59,715 nt of DNA from a virus. Lineage: Duplodnaviria > Caudoviricetes. The position numbers and the translations under genes were made by a program. The notes beneath the pieces are model-generated. The model had not been told where the DNA came from, made no database searches, and was given only the letters and a program-made list of their open reading frames with translations. Location of the stretch: IMG/VR virus record IMGVR_UViG_3300033067_002245, positions 1 through 59,715 of that record, one strand, 5' to 3'. Below, in pieces: positions 49,678 to 58,961 of this stretch. The first letter of the stretch is position 1, and the number at the start of each line of letters is the position of its first letter.

Positions 49678-50943
49678 ATGGCAACAATAACACCTACATA
49701 TCCGGGATCAGGCAATGATTGTTATTCAGTGCTTAACACAGCGTTCGGTAGTGCAGTGGATGGGGATGTAGTCGATATCTCTGCATGGTCAGGAACTGTT
49801 ATTATGACTCAGTTTATTGATATTCCAAACTTTGTATCATTTAAAGGTCCCGGATTAAGCAATTTGACAATTAAGAGATCTGAGGCTTCTTCTGATGCGA
49901 ATTTATCTTCATGGTCATACATGTTTCGTTGGAGTAAAGTCAGTGACAAAAAAAGTAATATCAAGGTTTCTGGAATAACTTTTAAAAGCAGAATCCCTTC
50001 TGCCAACAACGGGGCTGATGGATTTTCTATAGCTCCAGATAAAGGCTGTGTATTTCTATATCAAGTTGGATTTAGAGTTACAGGCTGCCGATTTGAAAAC
50101 TTTGGTAACGGTGGTGTAGAGGTAAGGCATCGCGATTATTTGGCTCAAGGCCTTATTGATCATAATGAATTTTATCATAATGCAAAGGGATCTACTGGTC
50201 TTGGGTTAGGATACGGAATTACTGTTTATGGAGAGGCTAACTACTGGGTATCAAATCCAAACTACGGTTCTCCAAACTTCATTTTTATTGAAGATAACAC
50301 ATTCGACTATCACAGACATTCTGTTGCATCTGCGGGGTGTGCTTTATATGTATTAAGATACAACACAATAAGATTTAACATTATTGCTCCTCCTTATTCT
50401 CATGCTGTTGATACGCATGAGTCAAGAGGTGTAGGTAATGGTGTGAATACATTTGGAACTCGTGCTGTTGAGATATACAACAATTCTATTATTAATTCAA
50501 CCAGGATTGATGGAACAACGCCTATGGCCAATGGTTGCCCTGATAATCAGCTTGAGGAAAGAGCTATCGGTATAACTGCCGGTGATGCGCTTGTTTATAG
50601 TAATACTATTTCAGGGTTTAGGTTTGCAATAGGTCTTATCTCATCTGAAGCTACAGCTTCGGGATCACCATATCCATATATACAGCAACCGGGATGGTTG
50701 TCTGGTTTAAGGAATAGCGGTAGTACAGGGACAGATAATTTTAATGGCAACGGAGATTTATGGTACTGGAACAACAACTTTACAACATTCACTTTAACTG
50801 GTGGTGGTACATGTGTGTTGTTTTACAACTACGATGCTAGCGGCGGTACAACCGGAACCTATTTCACAATCAACAGAGATTACCATGCAATAGCAAAGCC
50901 AGGATATGTAGGATATGTATATCCACATCCTGATAACGTGTAA
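49678..50943 (+). CDS. Right-handed beta-helix (pectin-lyase-like) protein, possible tailspike/depolymerase
   Basis: Repeating IDHNEF, IEDNTF, LRYNTI, IYNNSI, VYSNTI strands. Confidence 0.65.
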   Translation: MATITPTYPGSGNDCYSVLNTAFGSAVDGDVVDISAWSGTVIMTQFIDIPNFVSFKGPGLSNLTIKRSEASSDANLSSWSYMFRWSKVSDKKSNIKVSGITFKSRIPSANNGADGFSIAPDKGCVFLYQVGFRVTGCRFENFGNGGVEVRHRDYLAQGLIDHNEFYHNAKGSTGLGLGYGITVYGEANYWVSNPNYGSPNFIFIEDNTFDYHRHSVASAGCALYVLRYNTIRFNIIAPPYSHAVDTHESRGVGNGVNTFGTRAVEIYNNSIINSTRIDGTTPMANGCPDNQLEERAIGITAGDALVYSNTISGFRFAIGLISSEATASGSPYPYIQQPGWLSGLRNSGSTGTDNFNGNGDLWYWNNNFTTFTLTGGGTCVLFYNYDASGGTTGTYFTINRDYHAIAKPGYVGYVYPHPDNV

Positions 50944-50968
50944 GTATTAACCAATAAAATATAATAAA

Positions 50969-51472
50969 ATGTCTAAAATGAAAGAAGTAAAAGAAGCTAA
51001 AAAGCTAAGCTATTATGAAGCGGGTATTGCAAGATGGGAATTAATGAATTTGGATTTATCCTATGTGAAAAAAGAATTTTCATTAAGAGAGCTTCGCTTG
51101 ATTGTGCAGGAAAATATTGTTGGGTTAGGTGATGCATTACGTGCTATTGAAGTTCAGCAAAAAGAACTTGAAGCAATTCTTGCTGATTACAATCAGGAAT
51201 TGAATGACCTCAATAGAAAATATAGTATTGGAGCAAAAGATATCACTCTTACAAAAGAGGAACGGTTTGAATATGAAGGATTGGCTGAGGATTTAAAGTC
51301 TAAATACAAAGATGCTCATATCAAGTTCAAAGCAGAAGATAAAGAGTTTACAAAAATGATTGCGGATAAAGAGTGTCCTTTTTCATTAAAGAAGGATATC
51401 AAAAAAGAAATGATTCCAGCCAATATAAACGGTCGCGACATGAATATTCTTTCAAGATTAATGGAGTGGTAA
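50969..51472 (+). CDS. Hypothetical coiled-coil protein
   Basis: Follows fibre genes. Confidence 0.6.
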   Translation: MSKMKEVKEAKKLSYYEAGIARWELMNLDLSYVKKEFSLRELRLIVQENIVGLGDALRAIEVQQKELEAILADYNQELNDLNRKYSIGAKDITLTKEERFEYEGLAEDLKSKYKDAHIKFKAEDKEFTKMIADKECPFSLKKDIKKEMIPANINGRDMNILSRLMEW

Positions 51473-51483
51473 AATAAAAGAAA

Positions 51484-51669
51484 ATGGGATTTAAAACAAA
51501 TAGTTCTGGGGGCGGTGGTGTAGGCGGGAGCGTAACCATTGTTGATCAAATAACAAGTGCAACGATAGCTACTGTGGCGGCTCCCGGAACGTATCCTGTT
51601 TTACAGTTTTCAGGGATTAGCGGAGGTGCCGCAAATACAGTATTTACAAATAGCATTATACCAGCATGA
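51484..51669 (+). CDS. Small Gly-rich structural protein
   Basis: Coupled to next ORF. Confidence 0.5.
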   Translation: MGFKTNSSGGGGVGGSVTIVDQITSATIATVAAPGTYPVLQFSGISGGAANTVFTNSIIPA

Positions 51670-52265
51670 CAGTATTAGTAGGAACAATACAAGAGAGAAA
51701 GGATACATCTGCCAATTGGACAAGTGCTAATCCTGTATTATTAAGTGGAGAATATGGCCTTGAGACAGATACAAAAAAAAGAAAGCTTGGAGATGGGGCT
51801 ACTGCTTGGAATTCACTTGCTTATTACTCTGATCCTTTGGTTGAATTAGCTGCCAATAAATCTACTGATGTAAATGCAGATCAAGCAAGCAATATAAAGT
51901 TTCCTTCAGTAAAGGCTGTTTATGATTGGGTCGTTGGATTATTTGTTCAGAAAAATGCATCCATTACTGGTGCTACGAAAACAAAAGTAACATACGACTC
52001 AAAAGGGTTGGTGATAGCTGGTGCTGATGCTACTACTGCAGATATAGCAGATTCTTCGAATAAGAGATATGTTACCGATGCACAATTGGTTGTTATTGGA
52101 AATACTTCTGGAACTAACACAGGAGATGTGGCAAAAGCTACAGCAGCTGATATAAATATAGGAACTGATAATGTTAAATATATAACATCTTCAGCATTAG
52201 ATGGCTCAGAAATAAGAGATATAATGGAAGCAAATTATCAATTAATTAACTCAGGTAACTTTTAA
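51666..52265 (+). CDS. Tail fibre protein with hyaluronidase/Mtd-type N-terminal anchor
   Basis: RKDTSANWTSANPVLLSGEYGLETDT...KLGDGATAWNSLAY; KVTYDSKGLV. Confidence 0.75.
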   Translation: MTVLVGTIQERKDTSANWTSANPVLLSGEYGLETDTKKRKLGDGATAWNSLAYYSDPLVELAANKSTDVNADQASNIKFPSVKAVYDWVVGLFVQKNASITGATKTKVTYDSKGLVIAGADATTADIADSSNKRYVTDAQLVVIGNTSGTNTGDVAKATAADINIGTDNVKYITSSALDGSEIRDIMEANYQLINSGNF

Positions 52266-52276
52266 ACAAATAAATA

Positions 52277-52726
52277 ATGTCATTATTAGAATCACAAAAA
52301 GCAACTTATGCATCAAAACCTTTAAGTGGAGTTGGTGTTTTAACAGGAACATCTATTGGAACATTAGGTTCTGATACAAATGGAGTAACTATTTTTACAG
52401 CAGATACAAAAGGAGGGAGAGTAACTTCTTTACTTGGGTCTACTGATGATACAGTAACAGTGAATGTATTTCTATACATTTTAAAAAGTTCTACAGTAAT
52501 TCCATTAGGATTAGTAAATATTCCTTTATCATCTGGTAATACAGCAGCAGCTGCAACGATGGTTGATATGCTTGCAACTATTCCAGGGTTACCATTAGAT
52601 AATCAAGGAAAAAGGTATATATCATTAGGACCAAATGATGTGTTAAAATGTACATCACTTGCAAATTTATCTTCAACAAAAAAAGCTTATATATCAGCAC
52701 AAGGATTTAACGTAGACCCTGCATAA
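52277..52726 (+). CDS. Putative tail-associated protein
   Basis: Beta-rich, in tail module. Confidence 0.55.
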   Translation: MSLLESQKATYASKPLSGVGVLTGTSIGTLGSDTNGVTIFTADTKGGRVTSLLGSTDDTVTVNVFLYILKSSTVIPLGLVNIPLSSGNTAAAATMVDMLATIPGLPLDNQGKRYISLGPNDVLKCTSLANLSSTKKAYISAQGFNVDPA

Positions 52727-52732
52727 TATAAT

Positions 52733-54214
52733 ATGGATTCAGTACTAAATGGTTCAAATACAGGTAGAGGAGGTAGGAGATATAGTAAGGAAGCTACAGC
52801 TTATTTTGCTCTTATTCCTGATATGCCTGAATTTTTCAAAGAGGCATGGGATAAAAGAGTTAAAGCTTTAAAAAAAAATGGAACTTGGAATGAAATTAAA
52901 CAACTCTTAGTGTTTCCATATACTCTTAGTATGTTTAATGGATTTATTGATGCTAAAACATTAAGAAATACAATTTCATTAGTAAATGTAGCTCAAGCAC
53001 CTCTTGTTGATCCTTATAGTACACCTGCTGTTTATGTTGGTAATCAAGGGTGTAATTTTTATAAAGGGAGCCTGCAAACTAATTTTATTCCTGCAAATAA
53101 TTTAGTATTAAATAATACTTGTTTTGCAGCTGGATTTCCAGCTAAAAGTAATGCTATTTCAGGACAACCAATTTTAGCAAATCAAGGCTCTACTCAAATT
53201 ATACAAATTAATCCTAATGATGCATTTAATAAATCAATATTTGATTCATATGGATCTGGAACCGGAGGAAGGATATCTGAAACAAGTACTGATGGTGCTT
53301 TAGGAGTTTACATAGCAAACAGAAGGACAATTAGTGAATTTAAAGGATGGAAGAACGGGGTCGTTGTTGCATCAACTACAAGTAACTCTGGAACTCTTCC
53401 TACTACACAAATTGTTTTCAATGTAAGTAGTAGAAATGAACCAATAGCTTTTTGGTGTGCTTATGGAACAGGTTTAACAAATGAACAAGTTTTGCAGGAG
53501 AGTAGAGACTGGTCAACTTTTTTATCTGAAATCAAAAGAAATATTGAACCTACAAAAGTTTTTTTAACGGATGGTAATTCTCATTCAACATATTGGCTTG
53601 CTGTGTTTGGTAGAACAATAGAGTGGAATTATATGAATGCTGGTGATTTTAATTGGAAGTATTGGCATGTTGGAGTTGCAGGTCAAACAATTCAAAATAT
53701 GAATTCTGATTATTTAACTGAGGTTTCTCCGCTTCTGTCTCCAGCAACAACAACTTATACTAAAAAGATTGTTTGTGTTTTTGGAGAGCCAACAAATGCT
53801 ATTGAGGCTGGTACAGCTATGGCAACAATTCAGACTGACTATGCAGCATATTGTAGCTCTGCAAGAGCCTCTGGCGCAAAAGTAATTGTACACCCATTAT
53901 TTGTAAGAAATTATAGTTCTGTTCAAAAATGTTTAGATGCAGATACATGGAATACCTGGATAGAAGCAAACTGGTCAACATTTGCAGATGCTTATGTGCC
54001 TCATCCTACATATTATGATGATATATCTGGAACTTTTAAAACAAATTATTGGCTTCCTAGAAGTGCTTCTACAAGTGATGCTCAATATAAGACAGATTTA
54101 ATAAATTTTGCACAAGCCAGGACAAATTATTACCACCAAGGGACTTTACATTTGACAGAATTTGGTTATCAAGAGTGGGCTAATGATTTTTATAAAGCAT
54201 CATTAACAGTATAA
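52733..54214 (+). CDS. Lectin-like plus SGNH hydrolase-like protein
   Basis: TDGNSHS (block I), GVAGQT (II), GEPTNA (III), LHLTEFGY (V). Confidence 0.6.
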   Translation: MDSVLNGSNTGRGGRRYSKEATAYFALIPDMPEFFKEAWDKRVKALKKNGTWNEIKQLLVFPYTLSMFNGFIDAKTLRNTISLVNVAQAPLVDPYSTPAVYVGNQGCNFYKGSLQTNFIPANNLVLNNTCFAAGFPAKSNAISGQPILANQGSTQIIQINPNDAFNKSIFDSYGSGTGGRISETSTDGALGVYIANRRTISEFKGWKNGVVVASTTSNSGTLPTTQIVFNVSSRNEPIAFWCAYGTGLTNEQVLQESRDWSTFLSEIKRNIEPTKVFLTDGNSHSTYWLAVFGRTIEWNYMNAGDFNWKYWHVGVAGQTIQNMNSDYLTEVSPLLSPATTTYTKKIVCVFGEPTNAIEAGTAMATIQTDYAAYCSSARASGAKVIVHPLFVRNYSSVQKCLDADTWNTWIEANWSTFADAYVPHPTYYDDISGTFKTNYWLPRSASTSDAQYKTDLINFAQARTNYYHQGTLHLTEFGYQEWANDFYKASLTV

Positions 54215-54224
54215 TTTTAACAGC

Positions 54225-54452
54225 ATGACTAGAGACGAGAAGTTTAATAAGATGTATGATATGGTTGTTGAAATAAAAACAACTGTAGCTGAAGATCGTG
54301 TGAAGTCTAAACAACTTCGTAAGGAGATGGATGCAGCTAATGAAAAGATTGAGGAACATGAGAAAACTCAAACAAAAGCATATGTAATATTTGCTTCTGT
54401 GGGATCTGTTTTCATTTTTTTAGCTGAATGGTTATTTAAACGTTGGGACTAA
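54225..54452 (+). CDS. Holin/hemolysin-like small membrane protein
   Basis: Coiled coil plus C-terminal TM helix, before endolysin. Confidence 0.55.
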   Translation: MTRDEKFNKMYDMVVEIKTTVAEDRVKSKQLRKEMDAANEKIEEHEKTQTKAYVIFASVGSVFIFLAEWLFKRWD

Positions 54453-54967
54453 TGATAGATAAGGTTAGTTTAGACCGGATTGATACATTACATCCGGCTA
54501 TCAAAGAAAGAGTTAAAGAGGCTTACTTGGAAGCTTGTGAGAGATTAAAGGGTAGAGCTATGCTAAGAATAGCTTATACATTGCGTTCTTTTGCTGAGCA
54601 AGATTCTTTATATGCACAAGGCAGAACGAAGCCAGGAAGTGTTGTAACATGGGCAAAAGGAGGAGAGTCTTATCATAATTATGGGTTAGCTTGGGATATT
54701 ATTCTTTTGGTTGATAAAGATGGTAATGGCTCTTATGAAACTGCATCCTGGGAAACAAATGTTGATTTTGATGGAGATGGTCAATCAGATTGGAGAGAAG
54801 TGGTTGAGGTATTCACTCGAATAGGGGCTGAATGGGGAGGCAATTGGAATAAGCCTAAAACAGATATGCCTCATTTTCAAATTACTTTTGGTCAATCTAT
54901 TCATTCATTACAGCAATTGTATAATATGAAAAGGTTTATTGTAAATACTAATTATTTAGCGATATGA
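54443..54967 (+). CDS. Endolysin, M15 peptidase (CwlK-like)
   Basis: RSFAEQDSLYAQGRT, SYHNYGLAWD, WGGNW...DMPHFQ. Confidence 0.88.
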   Translation: MGLMIDKVSLDRIDTLHPAIKERVKEAYLEACERLKGRAMLRIAYTLRSFAEQDSLYAQGRTKPGSVVTWAKGGESYHNYGLAWDIILLVDKDGNGSYETASWETNVDFDGDGQSDWREVVEVFTRIGAEWGGNWNKPKTDMPHFQITFGQSIHSLQQLYNMKRFIVNTNYLAI

Positions 54968-55173
54968 AGAAGTTTTTAACAAAGGGTCGCATAGCGACTT
55001 TGTTAGGTTTGCTGATGGCTGTGTTGGTAGCTATTTCATCTGGATTTAGTTTCACAGATTTTGATGTAAAGAATCTTGATCATTGGATTAAGCTGGCTAC
55101 TATAGTTGGCCCGGCGGTGATAGGTTATTTTTCAACAATGAAAGGGAGGAAGCCGAAAGATGGACAGCAATAA
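54964..55173 (+). CDS. Putative holin
   Basis: Two TM helices, basic C-terminus. Confidence 0.6.
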   Translation: MKKFLTKGRIATLLGLLMAVLVAISSGFSFTDFDVKNLDHWIKLATIVGPAVIGYFSTMKGRKPKDGQQ

Positions 55174-55540
55174 ATCAAATGGAATTAAAGAGGTTTTATT
55201 GGTTGTTCTGGTAGGGCTTGTTATTTATTTATTTGTAAAGCAAGGTCAGGATAGAAGGACTATAAAGGAATTAGAGGATAGTGCTTTAATAATGGCGGAG
55301 GGGAGACTTGCTGAATTAAAGGTAGAAAGGGAGATTGCTGAGATAAGGATTAAAGATATTCAGGTTGTTGTGGACTCTTTGAAGAAAGCTGATTCTATAG
55401 AAGATATTAAATTTAAGAAAACAAGTTTGTATTATGAAAGAAAAATTAAAGAGCTTAAAAGTATTAATACTGTTATTGGTATTGATCATATCCGGGACAG
55501 CATCTTACGGGCAAACGGCCTCAGAGAGGATAAAAGATAG
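55160..55540 (+). CDS. Putative inner spanin
   Basis: N-terminal TM plus coiled coil. Confidence 0.55.
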   Translation: MDSNKSNGIKEVLLVVLVGLVIYLFVKQGQDRRTIKELEDSALIMAEGRLAELKVEREIAEIRIKDIQVVVDSLKKADSIEDIKFKKTSLYYERKIKELKSINTVIGIDHIRDSILRANGLREDKR

Positions 55541-55862
55541 TCTTATCTGTAATACTAAGGAAGAGCAATCATTCTTTAATGAAAGTGTTCTTTTGAAGGA
55601 GAGGTGTCAGGCTGAGAATTCTTATTTAAGAAAGACTAATTTAAGGCTTTGGGAGGTAATTCGTAAGAAAGATGAGCAGTTGACTCAAAAGAATACAATC
55701 ATTTCTATAATGGGCAAGGAAAGTAAAATTGCATCTCAGCAAGCTGATGTTGTTAAGATGCAATTAAAGTCTCAGAAGAAACATTCGAATAGAGTAGAAG
55801 GAGGCTTAATTGGTGTTATTGTTATTCTTTTGGGCGGTCTTGGTTATTCTTTAGCCCACTGA
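55434..55862 (+). CDS. Spanin-like partner
   Basis: Overlaps previous ORF out of frame; signal peptide and C-terminal TM. Confidence 0.5.
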   Translation: MKEKLKSLKVLILLLVLIISGTASYGQTASERIKDSLICNTKEEQSFFNESVLLKERCQAENSYLRKTNLRLWEVIRKKDEQLTQKNTIISIMGKESKIASQQADVVKMQLKSQKKHSNRVEGGLIGVIVILLGGLGYSLAH

Positions 55863-56031
55863 TACCATTTATAAGAATATCGTCTGTATTCATCTGAAAT
55901 AAAATAAAAGTGGTTTACCTACTGTTTCGATTTTGTTGTGTTGAACCATACTTTGTTCCATAGGTGCATTTATGGGCTGCACGGACCTTAATATAGTTCT
56001 TGAAAGATAATGCATGGATCTTCTCGCCCTT

Positions 56032-56346
56032 TCAGGAGATGTGCTGAAAAGAGGCTTTAATTTGGTTCGGGGTTTCATTTTCTTGGATTTTGTTTGTTAG
56101 AAATTTCTTTGTGCGTTCGGATTGTCTTTTGTATCGGTCAAATTCTGCCCGAAGATCATTAAGCATTGTTCTAAGCCTTTGTGTTTCTATACTGTCTTTT
56201 ACAACAACCTGTATTTCTTCTTTTGAACTGTCCGTAATTTCCGGACGGTTGGCCCAAAAAAGGAAGAATACAACCAGAGCAATCATTAAAATGGCCACCA
56301 CTATTGATAGCCATTTGTAGTACTTTGTTTCTTTTTCGTCTGTCAT
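56032..56346 (-). CDS. Membrane-anchored hypothetical protein
   Basis: N-terminal TM, coiled coil. Confidence 0.6.
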   Translation of the reverse strand: MTDEKETKYYKWLSIVVAILMIALVVFFLFWANRPEITDSSKEEIQVVVKDSIETQRLRTMLNDLRAEFDRYKRQSERTKKFLTNKIQENETPNQIKASFQHIS

Positions 56347-56630
56347 TTGTATTTAAGATTAAATGTGAAAATGTTATCTTTTTGGTCAAATTCTGTATAT
56401 GCTGGATAAACGGTTAGTATCAGTTTGCCGTTTTCGCTGCCATCATCATAATAATAAAGCTCATCCCCATTTCGTTGCGTTTCACATACTACACCTTTAA
56501 AACGGTTATTGTTGAATTTATACAAGGCCGATTCGCCGCCTATATCAAAAACGCGTTCTTTTAAAATTTTCTGTTTTTCGTGATTTATTCTTTCCGCGTG
56601 AAGCTTAATAATTTCGTCAATTCTGCTGTT
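56343..56630 (-). pseudogene. Body of gene whose ATG (58551-58549) is separated by the cassette array
   Basis: Frame open from AAC at 56630 (NSRIDEIIKLHAER...) into ORF 56343..56525; joining at GTT gives a 96-aa ORF starting MNSRID. Confidence 0.8.
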
Positions 56631-56642
56631 ATAAGCAAGCTG

Positions 56643-57464
56643 CTACGTTCCTGCTTCGTTTGACAATTCCGTTTGAAAAGAATTAAAAAAAAGCCCACCG
56701 CACATTTTAAGACGTTGTTCAGCAATTTGACAATATTCTTCTGAAATTTCACTGCCAATGTATTTTCGTTTGTTGTTAATTGATGCAATAGCAGTTGTTC
56801 CACTACCCATAAAACAATCATAAACCAAATCATTTTCATTGCTCCAACTTATTATTTGGTCGGTTGCAAGTTGTTCAGGAAAAACAGCACCTTGTATAAA
56901 ATCCTTTTTGCCTCCGTATAGTGAATATTCAAAAATGTTCTGTTTTATTTTTTGCTCTTTTATAGGTTTATTCTTATGTCCTTTACTTGTTTTACTTTCA
57001 TCTGTTTGGTAAAATGTTCTATTCTTAACTATGTCTTTCCCAGCAAATACACAATCTTCCATAATAGGGTTAAATGTTTTCGGTTTCCCCTTGCTAAAAA
57101 CAAACATATATTCAAAACTTTGCTCATATCTATTATGGTTTAGTGGTATCGGATTTTTCTTTTTGTAAATCATAGTATCGTGCAAATTAAAACCAACAAT
57201 GTTTTTAAAATGAAGTGCCTGTATAAAAGATGTACAACTTTCAGTTCCATTTTTTACACTATCTGCAACAACCCAAACCAAAATTCCACCATCTTTTATA
57301 ATCCTGTATAACTCACTTGCTATTTTTTCAAACTCAAAAGTGTATCCGTTATATCTTCTAATATTGTCATACGGTGGAGATGTTACCACCAAGTCCACAA
57401 ATTTATCAGGCATTTTAGCCATTGTATCAAGGCAATTTTCGTTGTATATTTTATTTATTTCCAT
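56643..57464 (-). CDS. N4-cytosine/N6-adenine DNA methyltransferase, beta class
   Basis: VDLVVTSPPY precedes VYDCFMGSGTT. Confidence 0.92.
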   Translation of the reverse strand: MEINKIYNENCLDTMAKMPDKFVDLVVTSPPYDNIRRYNGYTFEFEKIASELYRIIKDGGILVWVVADSVKNGTESCTSFIQALHFKNIVGFNLHDTMIYKKKNPIPLNHNRYEQSFEYMFVFSKGKPKTFNPIMEDCVFAGKDIVKNRTFYQTDESKTSKGHKNKPIKEQKIKQNIFEYSLYGGKKDFIQGAVFPEQLATDQIISWSNENDLVYDCFMGSGTTAIASINNKRKYIGSEISEEYCQIAEQRLKMCGGLFFNSFQTELSNEAGT

Positions 57465-57533
57465 CCCTTCCTTTTTTTAATTCTTTTTTTAGTGCTTCGT
57501 ATTTAGCTTTTCGTTTAATTAACCGCAGCCAGC

Positions 57534-57664
57534 TTATAACACGTGTTTTGTGCAATAGGGACTGATGTTGTTGATTGAGCTTTACTGCTACTATTTAGCT
57601 TCGGTGGTAGGTTGAAAGTTCTGTTTCCAAAATCCCTACTGCACAAAGCACCTTAACGTTACCA
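57534..57664 (+). repeat. attC-like site 1
   Basis: TTATAAC-A-CGTGTTTTGTGCAATAGGGA...TCCCTACTGCACAAAGCACC-TTAAC-GTTACCA. Confidence 0.75.
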
Positions 57665-57701
57665 GCAATGCTACGTTCACGTTCCATATTTAACTTTCGG
57701 T

Positions 57702-58388
57702 TCAAATGTTTTTAAAAATGCCCCCACCGCACAAATAATATTCACCAATGTATTTTGTATAAGCTGGCGGTATCGCTTCTTTCAGCCCCTTGAAATCCAT
57801 CCAGTCAATTCCGTAAGCAAGCGGGGCGTTCTTTACGGTCTTTGGTTGCATCCCAAGTTTAAAGCGCTTTTCTCTGCTTGCCTTACTCGCTGTTGTTACA
57901 AGTAACGGCAGTTCTGTATGGTCGCATTTGCAAGGCGCAACCAAAGGGAATGATGTTTCAAAGAACCTGTGCCTTTGTGTTCGCAAATTGAACATTGAAC
58001 CGCAAAGCATTGTTGGATTTTTAAGTTCATTTTTTGCCCCTGCCACATTCTCTATGCAATACGGCTTTCCTATTTCATTCAGCAATTCACGCAACACATC
58101 TATCAACTTTTCATATTTACCCTTATGTTCCTTTGGCGTTAAATTGCTATATCCTTGACAGGGCGGTGATGCGTGAATGAAATCGTATTCCTTGCCGTGT
58201 TCTTTCAGGTAAATAATTGCATCGCTCAAAATGAACTTAAAAGGATATTTCGGTTGCGGTTCAATGTCAATTCCCGTTACATCAAATCCCGCTTGCTTAT
58301 AGCCCATTCCTGCACCGCCAGCGCAACAAAATAAATCTAATAATTTCCCCTCGCTTCGCATTTTTAAAAACATTTGTTTCGTTTCCAT
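57702..58388 (-). CDS. C5-cytosine DNA methyltransferase
   Basis: LLDLFCCAGG (I), ASPPCQ (IV), IENV (VI), QRHR (VIII), EAIPP (X); start uncertain (ATG 58388 or a later ATG). Confidence 0.88.
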   Translation of the reverse strand: METKQMFLKMRSEGKLLDLFCCAGGAGMGYKQAGFDVTGIDIEPQPKYPFKFILSDAIIYLKEHGKEYDFIHASPPCQGYSNLTPKEHKGKYEKLIDVLRELLNEIGKPYCIENVAGAKNELKNPTMLCGSMFNLRTQRHRFFETSFPLVAPCKCDHTELPLLVTTASKASREKRFKLGMQPKTVKNAPLAYGIDWMDFKGLKEAIPPAYTKYIGEYYLCGGGIFKNI

Positions 58389-58419
58389 ATTGAACTTTTC
58401 ACTTAATAATCCGCACTGC

Positions 58420-58548
58420 TGGTAACAGCGGTTTTGCAATAGTGGGGTTTTAGTGGTTTATTAATCATTTGTACTTCTATTTAAGTTTAGTGGTGGGCTG
58501 AAAATTTAGGCTTCGATTTTCCCCACCATCGCAAAGCCGCAAAACGTT
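58420..58548 (+). repeat. attC-like site 2
   Basis: TGGTAAC-A-GCGGTTTTGCAATAGTGGGG...CCCCACCATCGCAAAGCCGC-AAAAC-GTT. Confidence 0.75.
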
Positions 58549-58553
58549 CATTT

Positions 58554-58961
58554 TTAATTAAGTGTTAAGTAAATAGCTGTTAACCATAAAGCGATTCCGA
58601 TAATAAATAAAACTAGCCTCCATTCGTACGGAATCTCAATTTTTGCTGTGGATGTAGTCGAGTTGCTTGTAAATCCTTTCGGGTATGTTCCGGGCCTTAA
58701 TTTCTCCCTTCTTATGTAGTAAAAACCATCGTGAATAAATGGAAACGTAAAGGCTAAACCAAGCAGCATAAGTGGCGAAAAACCGAGCAGTAAAACAATT
58801 ATCGCTACAGTTGATCTTTGAATTAAAAACAGGCCATGCAGGTTTTTCTTCTTTTCAGAAATTTTACTTTCATAATGGTAGTGGTACCCTTCTCTATCAC
58901 CTTCTAATCCTGAATACAACCAAAGAAGGAGTGAAACTAAAATAAAAATAAATAGTGTCAT
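58554..58961 (-). CDS. Membrane protein
   Basis: Several hydrophobic helices; FIHDGFYY. Confidence 0.7.
   Translation of the reverse strand: MTLFIFILVSLLLWLYSGLEGDREGYHYHYESKISEKKKNLHGLFLIQRSTVAIIVLLLGFSPLMLLGLAFTFPFIHDGFYYIRREKLRPGTYPKGFTSNSTTSTAKIEIPYEWRLVLFIIGIALWLTAIYLTLN

Larger units (their letters stand above)
56628..58548. mobile_element. Two-cassette attC-like array without local integrase
   Basis: GTT at both ends; cassette cores GTTATAAGC/GCTTATAAC and GTTACCAGCA/TGCTGGTAAC; two related long hairpins. Confidence 0.8.

Noticed and set aside
17802-54371. Many short ORF-track entries antisense to or nested in structural genes
   Set aside because: Shadow frames of well-supported genes, with no motifs or start context
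16045-55862. Amber stop-codon reassignment as in some crAss-like phages
   Set aside because: Long genes are intact in code 11 and TAG terminates GroEL, the capsid gene and others
56694-57732. Group II intron suggested by GTGCG at the cargo 3' junctions
   Set aside because: Only the 5-nt motif matches; no domain V, intron body or maturase is visible
56628-58548. Complete integron or restriction-modification system
   Set aside because: No tyrosine integrase, attI or cognate endonuclease in the window; reported as an orphan cassette array instead
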